A stretch of DNA of 20,000 nt from Dehalococcoidia bacterium (GCA_041494685.1 JBGQBE010000011.1:56587-76586), one strand, 5' to 3'. Numbered from the stretch's first letter, positions 7,858 to 16,577 are shown. The notes: generated by a model from the sequence alone, not told the origin. Numbers and translations: made by a program.

Positions 7858-8737
7858 GCGCCGTCCCTCCCCCGTCGCCCGGGGCGTCGACCGCGGCGCC
7901 TGACAGGCTGACAGGCTGACCCGCTGGCAGGCTATTCGCGCGATGTCTGCGTGCGAAGTCCAGCACCAGCGCGTCGGCCTGCTCCTGCGCCTCCAGGTTG
8001 TAGCCGTGCCCCATGCCCGCCAGCACGCGCAGCTCCGCGTGCGGGATGTGCTCCTTCAGCAGCTCCGCGTTGCGCAGCGGGATCATGACGTCGTCCTCGC
8101 CGTGGATGATCAGGGCAGGGCAAGCGATCTCGTGCAGCCGGTCGTACGTGTCGTGCCTCGCCGCCGCCACCACCTGCCGCAGGTACGAGTCCGGCGGCGC
8201 GGCGAACTGGCTCGCGTGCCGCGATCGCGCCAGCAACCGGTCATAGTGCGTGTCGATGTACGCGCGGCTGTAGCCCAGCTCCCACCCCGCCGCCAGCGCC
8301 TCGTCGCCGCTCAGCTGCTGGTTGCGCACCATCCGCTGGATCGTCTCCGGTGTTGGCGGCACGCCGCGCACCGCGCCCGCCGTCGTGCAGCCCAGGATCA
8401 GCGCCCGCACCTTCCGCGGGTGCCGCAGCGTCAGCTCCTGCGCCACCATCCCGCCCATCGACGACCCGTACACCAGCGCCGATTCGATGCCCAGCGCGTC
8501 CATCAGCCCCGCCGCGTCGTCCGCGAACTGCGCGATGCTGAACTCGCCCGCCGGCTTGTCGCTGCGGCCGCAGCCGCGCGCGTCGAACGGGATGAACCGG
8601 AAGTGCTGGCGGTAGGAATCGATCAGGTACGGGATCTCCGCCAGGTGCCCGCCCAGCCCGCTGATGAACAGCAGCGGCTCGCCCGCTCCGTGCTCCTCGT
8701 AGTACAGCTCGATCCCGTTGACCGCGGCTCTGGGCAT
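7844..8737 (-). CDS. Alpha/beta hydrolase, paralog of the downstream gene
   Basis: ATG 8737 after GGAGGAG (MPRAAVNGIELYYEEHG). FDARGCGRS, GSSMGG, HGEDD, GMGH. Corresponds to the C-terminal 297 aa of the 946-aa track ORF. Confidence 0.92.
   Translation of the reverse strand: MPRAAVNGIELYYEEHGAGEPLLFISGLGGHLAEIPYLIDSYRQHFRFIPFDARGCGRSDKPAGEFSIAQFADDAAGLMDALGIESALVYGSSMGGMVAQELTLRHPRKVRALILGCTTAGAVRGVPPTPETIQRMVRNQQLSGDEALAAGWELGYSRAYIDTHYDRLLARSRHASQFAAPPDSYLRQVVAAARHDTYDRLHEIACPALIIHGEDDVMIPLRNAELLKEHIPHAELRVLAGMGHGYNLEAQEQADALVLDFARRHRANSLPAGQPVSLSGAAVDAPGDGGGTAHAVR
7901..7932. repeat. Four degenerate tandem 8-mers (TGACAGGC x2, TGACCCGC, TGGCAGGC)
   Basis: Read directly; lies inside the C-terminal tail of the 7844..8737 hydrolase. 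Confidence 0.75.
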
Positions 8738-8802
8738 CTCTCCTCCGGTGCGTCCAGCGTACCGGATTCGCGGCGATGTGATCAGTCTGCGCCGCCGCCC
8801 GG

Positions 8803-10902
8803 TCAGGAGCCCCCGACACCCCCGCGCCGCACCGCCCAAGTCAGCTCGATCCGCAGCTCCGCGCCCGGCGCCAGGTCCAGCTCCCGCACCACCGACAGCG
8901 AGAAGCCCTGCAGCACCCGCTCCAGCCCGCCCTCCGACGACGACACGCTCTCCACCGGGAACCACCACAGCCCCGCCACGTCCGACACCGCGCAGTCGAT
9001 CGCGTAGTCGCTCCGCGCGCCGATCGCGAACGACCCCCGCAACTCCACGTCCCCCGGCCCGGCGCACGGATCGTGCCATCCGTTCGCCGTCAGGATCGGT
9101 GGCCGCGCCCCCGGCGGGCCCTCCGGCGGCGAGATGTTCCACTCGCTCACGAAGATCGCCCGGCGGTGCTCCGCGCCCGCGTTCGTCACGCTGTAGCGCA
9201 CCGCCACGGCCTCGCCCGCGGCCGGCACCGCGATCTCCTTCCGCACGCGCCAGCCGCCTGCCTCGCGCGCCAGCCGTGCCGTCGCGCCGCCGCCCGAGGC
9301 ATCCGTCTCGCACGACCACGCGCCGACCGGCTCGAACGATGCGGCCGCCTCGCCGCGCGCGAACCGCTCGACCGTCGCGCCGTCGTCCAGGATCCACTCC
9401 TGCGCGCCGCCGCGCCGGTAGCGGTCGAAGACCAGGCCGTGCTGCAGCCCCTCTTCCTTCACGCGCAGCCCGCCGTGGATGTTCGCCACGCCGCCGCCCG
9501 CCGCCCGCGCCTCGCCCGCCAGCAGCGCCTCGTGGTAGGCCTCGCGACGCCGCGGCAGCACGTCGAGCAGCGCATGGTCGCTGCGGCGTATGTCGAACTC
9601 GCTGATCATGCCGCCCAGCTTCGGGTGGATCAGCAGGGAGATGTCCGGCGACTGCACCAGCACCTCGCCGTGCCCGTCGTAGTCGAAGTCGTCCTGTCGC
9701 ACCGTCACGCCCGTCGCGCCCGCCGCTTCGTCCGCCATCCGCTCCGCGCGCACCAGGTTGCTGTTCGTCGCCCCGCGGATGTGGCGCAGGTACAGCCCGC
9801 CGAAGACGCCGTGCCAGTACGGGCAGTTGCACTGCGCCTGCCACATCGCGTCGCGCGCCTCGTCGCACGTCGTCCGCGCGAGCTTCGCCGCGATGCGCAG
9901 CCCGCGCTTGTGCATCGCGTTCGCCTCCGGATATTTCGCCAGGAAGAAGCGCCACGTGCCGCCGCGCGTGTAGCGCAGCACGTCGCCGCGCCCCTCGTGG
10001 TCCATCTGCTCCGCCAGCCGGTGGAACTCCGCCGACACGTCCGCCGGCAGCGCCCACTCCATCATCTCCGAGTACGATGCTGCCGGCAGGTACACCAGCC
10101 CCCGCGCGTCGAAGCGCCGCGCGTACTCGCCCGGCGTCATCGGCACCAGCCACTCGCCCGCCGCCTCGATCGCCGAGAAGAACTCCTCGATCCAGCCCTC
10201 TTCCCACACGTGCGCGTGCGTCGTCGGCCACGCCCCGAACTTCTCGCCGTCGTCGCCCAGCACCAGGTACGGCGCATCGTTCGCGCTCGTCTCCGCCGCG
10301 TGCCGCAGCTCCCCCATCAGCTCGTCCACGTTCAGCCACGGGATCGTGTAACGCAGCCGCTGGCTGCCCGCGAAGAGATCGACGCGCCGCCCCTGGTCCT
10401 CCGTCACGTAATAGCCGTCCAGCTGCCAGTCGCGCAGCCCCGCCATGCGGAAGTGCGCGTCGTCCACCAGCGTCCAGCGCACGCCCGCGTCCGCCAGCGG
10501 CGCCGGCAGCCCCGGCTCCCACACCCGCTCCGTCAGCCACAGCCCGTCGGGCCGCTGGCCGAGGCGCTGCTCGACGAAGCGCGTGAGCTTCTCGATCTGG
10601 CCGGCCTTGTCGGCGTCCGGGATCATCGGCAGCACCGGCTCGTAGTAGCCGCCGGTCATCATCTCGACCTGCCCGCGATCGCACAGCGCCCGCAGCCGCG
10701 TGATGTACTCCGGCCGGTGCGCGTCGAGCCAGTCGAAGAGGCAGCCGGACACGTGCATGGCGACGCGCACGCCGGGATGGGCCTCGAGCGCGGCGAGCAT
10801 AGGCGCGTACGCCTGGTCGTAGACCTGCTCGATGACGAAGTCGAAGTTACCCACCGGCTGGTGGTTGTGCAGGACGAGGCCGAGGTACAGCGGGCGGGGC
10901 AT
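8803..10902 (-). CDS. GH57 alpha-amylase / 4-alpha-glucanotransferase
   Basis: HNHQP, GGYYEP, WLTERVW (nucleophile Glu), DDGEKFG (acid/base Asp), AQCNCPYWHGVFGGLY, C-terminal VSSSEGGLERVLQG. ATG 10902 follows GGAAGGA. Confidence 0.93.
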   Translation of the reverse strand: MPRPLYLGLVLHNHQPVGNFDFVIEQVYDQAYAPMLAALEAHPGVRVAMHVSGCLFDWLDAHRPEYITRLRALCDRGQVEMMTGGYYEPVLPMIPDADKAGQIEKLTRFVEQRLGQRPDGLWLTERVWEPGLPAPLADAGVRWTLVDDAHFRMAGLRDWQLDGYYVTEDQGRRVDLFAGSQRLRYTIPWLNVDELMGELRHAAETSANDAPYLVLGDDGEKFGAWPTTHAHVWEEGWIEEFFSAIEAAGEWLVPMTPGEYARRFDARGLVYLPAASYSEMMEWALPADVSAEFHRLAEQMDHEGRGDVLRYTRGGTWRFFLAKYPEANAMHKRGLRIAAKLARTTCDEARDAMWQAQCNCPYWHGVFGGLYLRHIRGATNSNLVRAERMADEAAGATGVTVRQDDFDYDGHGEVLVQSPDISLLIHPKLGGMISEFDIRRSDHALLDVLPRRREAYHEALLAGEARAAGGGVANIHGGLRVKEEGLQHGLVFDRYRRGGAQEWILDDGATVERFARGEAAASFEPVGAWSCETDASGGGATARLAREAGGWRVRKEIAVPAAGEAVAVRYSVTNAGAEHRRAIFVSEWNISPPEGPPGARPPILTANGWHDPCAGPGDVELRGSFAIGARSDYAIDCAVSDVAGLWWFPVESVSSSEGGLERVLQGFSLSVVRELDLAPGAELRIELTWAVRRGGVGGS

Positions 10903-11095
10903 GGGTGCGGGTCCTTCCGGCGCGGGCGGCGGCGTGCGGCCGCGCACCCGCAGTCTATGCCGCCGCGCAGGCCGTTCCCAGCGCCGCGTGTGAAACTTCT
11001 ACGCCGTCCCGCCCCGCGCGCCGCCGAATCTGCGCCGAATCTGCCCCCGCCGCCCCGCCGCATGACATGGTGCCCCCGGTATGCCTTCCGGCCGC

Positions 11096-11125
11096 TTGAC
11101 AGGTCGATCGCGACGGCCCTAAGAT
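11096..11125 (+). promoter_or_regulatory. Sigma70-type promoter for the riboswitch-GT2 transcript
   Basis: TTGACA (11096-11101), 18-bp spacer, TAAGAT (11120-11125), about 30 nt upstream of the aptamer. Confidence 0.75.
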
Positions 11126-11152
11126 CGACGGGCAATTCACAACTGAATAGAT

Positions 11153-11283
11153 GACAGCCGAGTCCGCTCGCGCGAGCGAGTGGAGCGGGGGAACCGAAAG
11201 GGACCCAGGGCTGAAGGGCGCGACTTGCGTCCGGGGGAACCTTCTCCCCTAAGCCGCCAGCTAACCTCGTAGGCTTTGAAGGT
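11153..11283 (+). ncRNA. c-di-AMP riboswitch (ydaO/yuaA leader)
   Basis: Conserved blocks in order: GCCGAGTCC, a GCGA-capped hairpin (11163-11184), GCGGGGGAACC, GGGCTGAA, hairpin 11216-11232, GCCAGCTAACCTCGTAGGC. P1 pairs AGCC with GGCT. Pseudoknot ACCTTC (11239-11244) with GAAGGT (11278-11283). Confidence 0.9.
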
Positions 11284-11296
11284 CGGACCAGGATTG

Positions 11297-13138
11297 ATGG
11301 ACGACCTTTCTTCTTGCCCAGACACCGAGCCGACCGTGCACGGAGGCACCCGACCCATCAGACCGATGAAGCGCCGCGCCAGGACAGCCAGCAGCTTCCG
11401 CGCCGTGTGGGATCCCGTAGCGTCGCCTGACCTCGGCGACCTGCCCGGCGACTTCCGCCGCGCCGGCGGCGGTGCGCGCGCGTCCGCGACCACCTGGCGC
11501 GCTGGCGGCGCGGTCGCCGTCATGCCCGCGCCAGCGCCCTCGCCCCGCGCGCTCGACCTCGCCGAGGTCACTCATCCGCTCTTCGAAACCGCAACGCTGA
11601 TCCGGCAGCGCGCGCGCGTCAGCATCGGCCAGCGCGTCATCACGCGCGCGCTCGAGATGCTGCCGCTCACGCTCGCCGCGCTGCTCATCTCGTCGCTCGT
11701 CTGGGGCGCCTACTTCGTCCCGACGCCACTGGTCATCATGCTGCTCGGGTTCGACTTCTACTGGGCGTGGCGCTCGATCAACATCGGCCTCCACACGCTC
11801 AAGGGCTACCGCGCCCTCAAGGCCACCGCGAAGGTCGACTGGCGCAAGCGCTACGACATAGAATCCATCAACCGCACCGACGTGATCGCCTGGGACGACG
11901 TCTACCACCTGATCATCGTCCCGACCTACAAGGAGAGCGTCGAGAAGCTCAGCGCCACCCTCGGCAAGCTCGCCGAGAGCGAGGTCGCCCACGAGAAGCT
12001 CCTCGTCGTCATCGCCATGGAGGAGGGCGACACCGACGCCCCGCAGCGCTTCGAGCAGTTGCAGCGCGACTTCGGCCACAGCTTCCTCGCGATGATCGGC
12101 ACGACGCACCCCGGCGACATCGCCGGCGAGGTGCGCGGTAAGTCGTCGAACGAGGCCTGGGCCGCGAAGAAGGCGAAGCGCCTCTTCTGCGACCAGATGG
12201 GGTTCAGCCTGGACCACATGACCGTCACCAGCTGCGACGCCGACACGCTCTTCCACCCGCGCTACTTCAGCGCCCTCACGTACGAGTTCGCCATCAACCC
12301 GCGCCGCTACCGCCTCTTCTGGCAGGGCCCGATCTTCTACTACAACAACGTCTGGGACGTGCCCGCGCCGCTGCGCATCCAGAACAGCCTGGGCGGCATC
12401 AACCACCTCGCCAAGCTCTGCCGGAAGTACACCGTCCTCTTCCCGCAGTCCACGTACAGCCTCAGCATGCGCATGTGCCACGACGTCGGCTACTGGGACG
12501 TCGATGTCGTGCCCGAAGACTGGCACATGTTCCTCAAGTGCTTCTTCGAGTTGAAGGGCGAGCCCGACGTCCAGCCGATCCTCCTCCCCGTCGGCAACGA
12601 CGGCGTCCGCGCCCACAGCTACAAGCGCACGTTCTGGGAGCACTACCAGCAGGCGCGCCGCCACGCCTGGGGCTGCAGCGACATCCCTTACGCCATCAAG
12701 CAGTTCGCCGCGCACCCGGAGATCCCGTTCCTGCGCCGCCTGCGCCGCACGTGGAGTCTCACCGAGAACCACGTCCTCTGGTCGTCGCAGTGGTTCCTGA
12801 TCACCGGCGTCGCCGCCAACATGTCGGCCGCAGGCTGGGGCGGATTCATCGGCCTCCACCCCTTCGCCCAGCACAATATCCCGACGTGGTTCATCACCGC
12901 GTCGCACTACATCCTCATGCCCTGCATGATCCCCCTGATCGGGATGATCGTGCTGGACATGATGATGCGCCCCGCGCGCCCGAAGCGCTGGCCCATGTGG
13001 CTCTACCCCGTGCAGTTCGCTCAGTGGATGCTGATGGCGCCGATCACGCTCTTCTTCACCGCTATGCCCGCGCTCGACGCACAGGTCCGCCTCTTCCTCG
13101 GCCGCCGGCTCGAGTACAAGGTCACGGAGAAGGCGTGA
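11297..13138 (+). CDS. Membrane-embedded GT2 glycosyltransferase, processive-synthase-like
   Basis: IVPTYKE, GKSSN, DAD, PEDW and QARRHAWG (QxxRW-like), with N- and C-terminal hydrophobic helices. Start uncertain (11294, 11297, 11366 or 11522); the track start at 11276 lies inside the aptamer. Confidence 0.88.
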   Translation: MDDLSSCPDTEPTVHGGTRPIRPMKRRARTASSFRAVWDPVASPDLGDLPGDFRRAGGGARASATTWRAGGAVAVMPAPAPSPRALDLAEVTHPLFETATLIRQRARVSIGQRVITRALEMLPLTLAALLISSLVWGAYFVPTPLVIMLLGFDFYWAWRSINIGLHTLKGYRALKATAKVDWRKRYDIESINRTDVIAWDDVYHLIIVPTYKESVEKLSATLGKLAESEVAHEKLLVVIAMEEGDTDAPQRFEQLQRDFGHSFLAMIGTTHPGDIAGEVRGKSSNEAWAAKKAKRLFCDQMGFSLDHMTVTSCDADTLFHPRYFSALTYEFAINPRRYRLFWQGPIFYYNNVWDVPAPLRIQNSLGGINHLAKLCRKYTVLFPQSTYSLSMRMCHDVGYWDVDVVPEDWHMFLKCFFELKGEPDVQPILLPVGNDGVRAHSYKRTFWEHYQQARRHAWGCSDIPYAIKQFAAHPEIPFLRRLRRTWSLTENHVLWSSQWFLITGVAANMSAAGWGGFIGLHPFAQHNIPTWFITASHYILMPCMIPLIGMIVLDMMMRPARPKRWPMWLYPVQFAQWMLMAPITLFFTAMPALDAQVRLFLGRRLEYKVTEKA

Positions 13139-13139
13139 C

Positions 13140-13181
13140 GGGCGAGCTTGGAGTTCGCAGTTCGTAGTGCGTAACTTGTAG
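13140..13181 (+). repeat. Six degenerate tandem heptamers just after the GT2 stop codon
   Basis: GGGCGAG CTTGGAG TTCGCAG TTCGTAG TGCGTAA CTTGTAG. Confidence 0.7.
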
Positions 13182-13228
13182 TCCACCGGGAGAACGGACT
13201 CGGCCCCGCGACACCGGTCTCGAACGAA

Positions 13229-13252
13229 GAAACGCCCCGCAAGGGGCGTTTC
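13229..13252. terminator. Terminator-like hairpin downstream of GT2
   Basis: Perfect 10-bp stem GAAACGCCCC-GCAA-GGGGCGTTTC with a GNRA loop; U-tract is short on both strands. Confidence 0.65.
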
Positions 13253-13365
13253 GCGTATCCGCCGCGAACCACATGCCTGGAAGCGTCCGCCCGCGTACTA
13301 CGGCGGAACGACGCGCCGAGCTATCGTGGAAGACGACGACAGGGCTGTGGTCGGCAGGAGATCTC

Positions 13366-13938
13366 GTGAATAGCAACAACACAACCCACGCGGAGACGGA
13401 GGTCGCGATCCTTGCAGGAGGATGCTTCTGGTGCCTCGACGCTGTCTACCGCGAACTCGATGGCGTTGAGTCGGTCGAGTCCGGATACACGGGCGGGGCC
13501 ATCCCCAATCCGTCGTACGAGGCGATCTGCGGCGGCAGGACGGGGCACGCGGAGGCCGTGCGCATCCGGTTCCGGCCGTCTGTCATCCGGTACGAGGACG
13601 TGCTGGACGTGTTCTTTGCCATCCACGACCCGACCACCTTGAATCGCCAGGGCGCTGACATCGGGACGCAGTACCGTTCCGAGATCTTCGCTACGACCCC
13701 CGGGCAACGGACAATCGCTTTGGAGGCCGTCGAACGGCTTGGCCGATCCGCCGAGTACGAACGGCCAATCGTCACGGCCGTGTCAGACGCCGGCGTCTTC
13801 TACGCGGCGGAGGCCTATCACGACGACTACTTTCGCAACAACCCGGACTCGGGCTATTGCCAGGCTGTCATCGGGCCGAAGGTCGCCAAGTTTCGGAAGC
13901 GGTATAGCGAGAAATTGAAGGACGCCAGTTCGGGTTAA
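13366..13938 (+). CDS. msrA: Peptide-methionine (S)-S-oxide reductase
   Basis: AGGCFWC, GYTGG, TGHAEAV, HDPTTLNRQGADIGTQYRS, AEAYH, GYC. GTG 13366 follows AGGAG. Confidence 0.96.
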   Translation: MNSNNTTHAETEVAILAGGCFWCLDAVYRELDGVESVESGYTGGAIPNPSYEAICGGRTGHAEAVRIRFRPSVIRYEDVLDVFFAIHDPTTLNRQGADIGTQYRSEIFATTPGQRTIALEAVERLGRSAEYERPIVTAVSDAGVFYAAEAYHDDYFRNNPDSGYCQAVIGPKVAKFRKRYSEKLKDASSG

Positions 13939-14004
13939 GTCCGCGCGAAAAGACGGAGCGCCCCTCACGAAGCTCTTCGTCCCGCTGCTGACAAGCCGAC
14001 CAGC

Positions 14005-15366
14005 TCAGAGCGCCCCAAACTCCCGCGCCAGCGCGATGATGTCTTCCGATGTGAAGAACGCCCGCCGCGCGTTCACCCAGTGGTCGTGCTCCGCGTCGAA
14101 CTGGCCGTTGTACTCGTCCTGGATGCGGTCGTAGATCTGCTTGACGACCCGGCTCGTCTCCTTCACCCGCGTCTCGCTCCCCGTCCGCTCCAGCTCGCGG
14201 TTCAGCACTGAGATGATCCCCTCCGAGCCCGAGAGCGACCCCACGCGGCTCAGCTCCACCTCTGTGCGGCCGAACAGCGACGCCGCGAACGGCAGGTAGA
14301 TCAGCCCGCCCGGCGCCGCGTCCTGCCGCCCGACGCCGGCCTGGTGGATGCCGGCCGTCGTGGTGAACACCTCGCCGATCAGGGGCAGCCGGTCGTTCAG
14401 CTCGATCACCTCGTCGCTCACCAGCCGGCGCATCGCGTCCAGCGCCTTCAGGTCGAAGCCGGGGTCGCCGTAGTAGCGGATCAGCGCCGCCACCGTCTGC
14501 TCCAGCGACGTGTTCCCCGTGCGCTCTCCCAGCCCCGCGAACGCCACGTTCACTTTCGTGCCGCCGTAGCGCCACGACGCGATCGAGTTCGCCGTTGCCA
14601 GCCCGAAGTCGTTGTGGCCGTGGAACTCCAGCTCCGCGCCCGTCTCCGCCTTGAGCACCGTGAACAGCCGCGGCACGCCCCACGGCAGCGACGCGTACGG
14701 GTCCGGGCTGCCCCAGCCGATCGTGTCGCAGATGCGGAACTTCGCGATCCCCCTGCTCTCTTCCAGCACCCGCTGCATGAACGGGATCACCCAGCCGTAG
14801 ATGTCGGCCCGCGTGCAGTCTTCCAGGTGCACCCGCGGCACGATGTCGTGCTCCAGCGCCGTGCGGATCGGCTGCAGGTACTTCTCGATCGCCTCTTCCT
14901 TCGACGCGTACGCCAGCTTGTCGAAGATGTGGTGGTCGGACGCTGAGGCGAGCATCCCCGTCTCCTTCACCTTCCCCTGCGACACCTCCATCAGCAGCTT
15001 GATGTCCTTCGGCGTCGCCCGCGTCCACGTCGTCACGCGCGGCCACTCGTACCCGCGCTCCAGCAACTTCTCCAGCGTCCACACGTCGCGCTTCTGGTAG
15101 ATGAACGCCTCGACCGCGTAGATCGCGCCCGTACCGTTGTCGAGGCGGTGCAGCAGGTCGTAGTACTTCAGCCGTGTCTCCGGCGGGAAGATCGCGAAGC
15201 GGCTGTCCTGCGCGCCGTCGCGCAGCGTCGTGTCCGTGATCAGCTTCGGCAGCCCGTCATGCATCGGCGGCGGTGTCACCGGCTCCGGTTCGAGCGTCAC
15301 CGGCGGCAAGTTGCCGCCGTAGTTGTAGTACACGCGCTCCGTGTTGACCTTCGTGGCGATTACCAT
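14005..15366 (-). CDS. Re-citrate synthase-like DRE-TIM metallolyase
   Basis: ITDTTLRDGAQ, LHRLDNGTG, LERGYEWPRVTTWTRA, KETGMLASASDHHIFDKL, PRVHLEDCTRAD, ICDTIG, HGHNDFG, GERTGN. ATG 15366 follows GAAGGAGG. Confidence 0.85.
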   Translation of the reverse strand: MVIATKVNTERVYYNYGGNLPPVTLEPEPVTPPPMHDGLPKLITDTTLRDGAQDSRFAIFPPETRLKYYDLLHRLDNGTGAIYAVEAFIYQKRDVWTLEKLLERGYEWPRVTTWTRATPKDIKLLMEVSQGKVKETGMLASASDHHIFDKLAYASKEEAIEKYLQPIRTALEHDIVPRVHLEDCTRADIYGWVIPFMQRVLEESRGIAKFRICDTIGWGSPDPYASLPWGVPRLFTVLKAETGAELEFHGHNDFGLATANSIASWRYGGTKVNVAFAGLGERTGNTSLEQTVAALIRYYGDPGFDLKALDAMRRLVSDEVIELNDRLPLIGEVFTTTAGIHQAGVGRQDAAPGGLIYLPFAASLFGRTEVELSRVGSLSGSEGIISVLNRELERTGSETRVKETSRVVKQIYDRIQDEYNGQFDAEHDHWVNARRAFFTSEDIIALAREFGAL

Positions 15367-15534
15367 CGCGGGCCTCCTTCCGGGAATGGGGGACGATTCA
15401 CGTCGCCTATAGCTACGATTGTTATAGGCTATGAATTCGAACGGCGAAAGGGCAATTCCGCCAGCGTCAGCAGATGTAATCTGCTCGTAACGCCGCGCGC
15501 CTATGGTACCGTTGATCAGAGGGTGCTGTACAGG

Positions 15535-16572
15535 ATGTCTCGTCCCTCCACGCGCCGCTTCGTTATGCGCTCGGCCGTCAGCCTGGCGTTGCTGGCCGTC
15601 CTCCTCTGGCGCATCGATCTGGCGCAGGCCGGCCGCGCCCTGCGCGACGCCGACTACTTCTACGTGGTCCCCGGCCTCATGCTCTTCGGCCTCGCGAAAC
15701 TGCTCGTCGCGCAGCGCTGGCGCCTCATGCTCTCGAAGTTCGCCGACGTGCCGCTGCCCCCGCTCTTCGGCATCCTCCTCGTCTCGAACCTGGCCAACAA
15801 CGTCGTCCCCGCCCGCATCGGCGATGTCATCCGCGTCCAGGTCCCCGCGCAGCGTTACGACCTCAGCCGCGCCCGCCTCGCCTCTACCGTCTTCGCCACC
15901 GAGTCGCTGCTCGACGGCATCGCCTTCGCCGTCCTCGGCCTCATCGGCCTCGCGCTGATCGATCTCCACGGCTTCCCCACCGGCGTGTTCTGGGGTGTGC
16001 TCGGCCTCGTCAGCGGCGGCCTCGTCGCGGTCATCCCGATCGCCCACCTCCGGCTGCAGGATGGATGGACGCGCCGCGGCATCATGCCGCGGCTGCCGGA
16101 GCGGCTGCGCCTGGCGCTCGAAGAAGCGGTCCCGCACTTCATCGACGGCCTTGCCGTCTTCCGCGATGTCCGCCTGGGTGCAGAGGCGATCGTGCTCTCC
16201 TTCGCCATCTGGCTGCTCGAGGTCGCCATGTTCGTGCTCTTCGGCCTCGCCTTCGGCATCCACCTGTCGATGCCCGCGTGGATGCTGATCATGGTCGCCG
16301 CGAACATGATCAGCAGCATCCCCGTCACGCCGTCGAACATCGGCGCCTACGAGGTCGCCGTCACCGAGCTGATGAAGACGCTCGGCGTCGACGCCGGCGT
16401 TGCGGGCGGCTTCGCGATCGCGGCGCACGTCTTCAACATCCTCTGGATCACCGCCGCCGGGTTCGGCGCGATGTGGGTCCTCGGCCTCGGCCCAAGCGAT
16501 GTCTTCTCCCTCGGCCGCAAGCCCACCGCCGTCGTCCCTGTCGAACCCGAACCCGCCACCGGCATCCCGTAA
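15535..16572 (+). CDS. Lysylphosphatidylglycerol synthase TM-region / flippase-like membrane protein (UPF0104)
   Basis: AQRWRLML, NNVVPARIGDVIR, TESLLDG, PVTPSNIGAYE; multiple TM helices. Confidence 0.9.
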   Translation: MSRPSTRRFVMRSAVSLALLAVLLWRIDLAQAGRALRDADYFYVVPGLMLFGLAKLLVAQRWRLMLSKFADVPLPPLFGILLVSNLANNVVPARIGDVIRVQVPAQRYDLSRARLASTVFATESLLDGIAFAVLGLIGLALIDLHGFPTGVFWGVLGLVSGGLVAVIPIAHLRLQDGWTRRGIMPRLPERLRLALEEAVPHFIDGLAVFRDVRLGAEAIVLSFAIWLLEVAMFVLFGLAFGIHLSMPAWMLIMVAANMISSIPVTPSNIGAYEVAVTELMKTLGVDAGVAGGFAIAAHVFNILWITAAGFGAMWVLGLGPSDVFSLGRKPTAVVPVEPEPATGIP

Positions 16573-16577
16573 CGCGG

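Noticed and set aside
8738..10684. N-terminal ~650 aa of the 946-aa track ORF as a giant hydrolase fusion
   Set aside because: Arg/Gly/Ala-rich off-frame shadow of the GH57 gene; the real start is 8737 with a strong RBS.
10952..10980. Minus-strand promoter for GH57 (TAGACT -10)
   Set aside because: No credible -35 element; too weak to list.
11261..13186. 641-aa antisense ORF, and similar ones such as 9073..11154, 6430..7911 and 2536..3639
   Set aside because: Expected stop-poor shadows of high-GC genes; no recognisable motifs.
15367..16428. N-terminal extension of the 807-aa ORF
   Set aside because: Antisense shadow of the flippase-like gene; homology and RBS begin at 15366.
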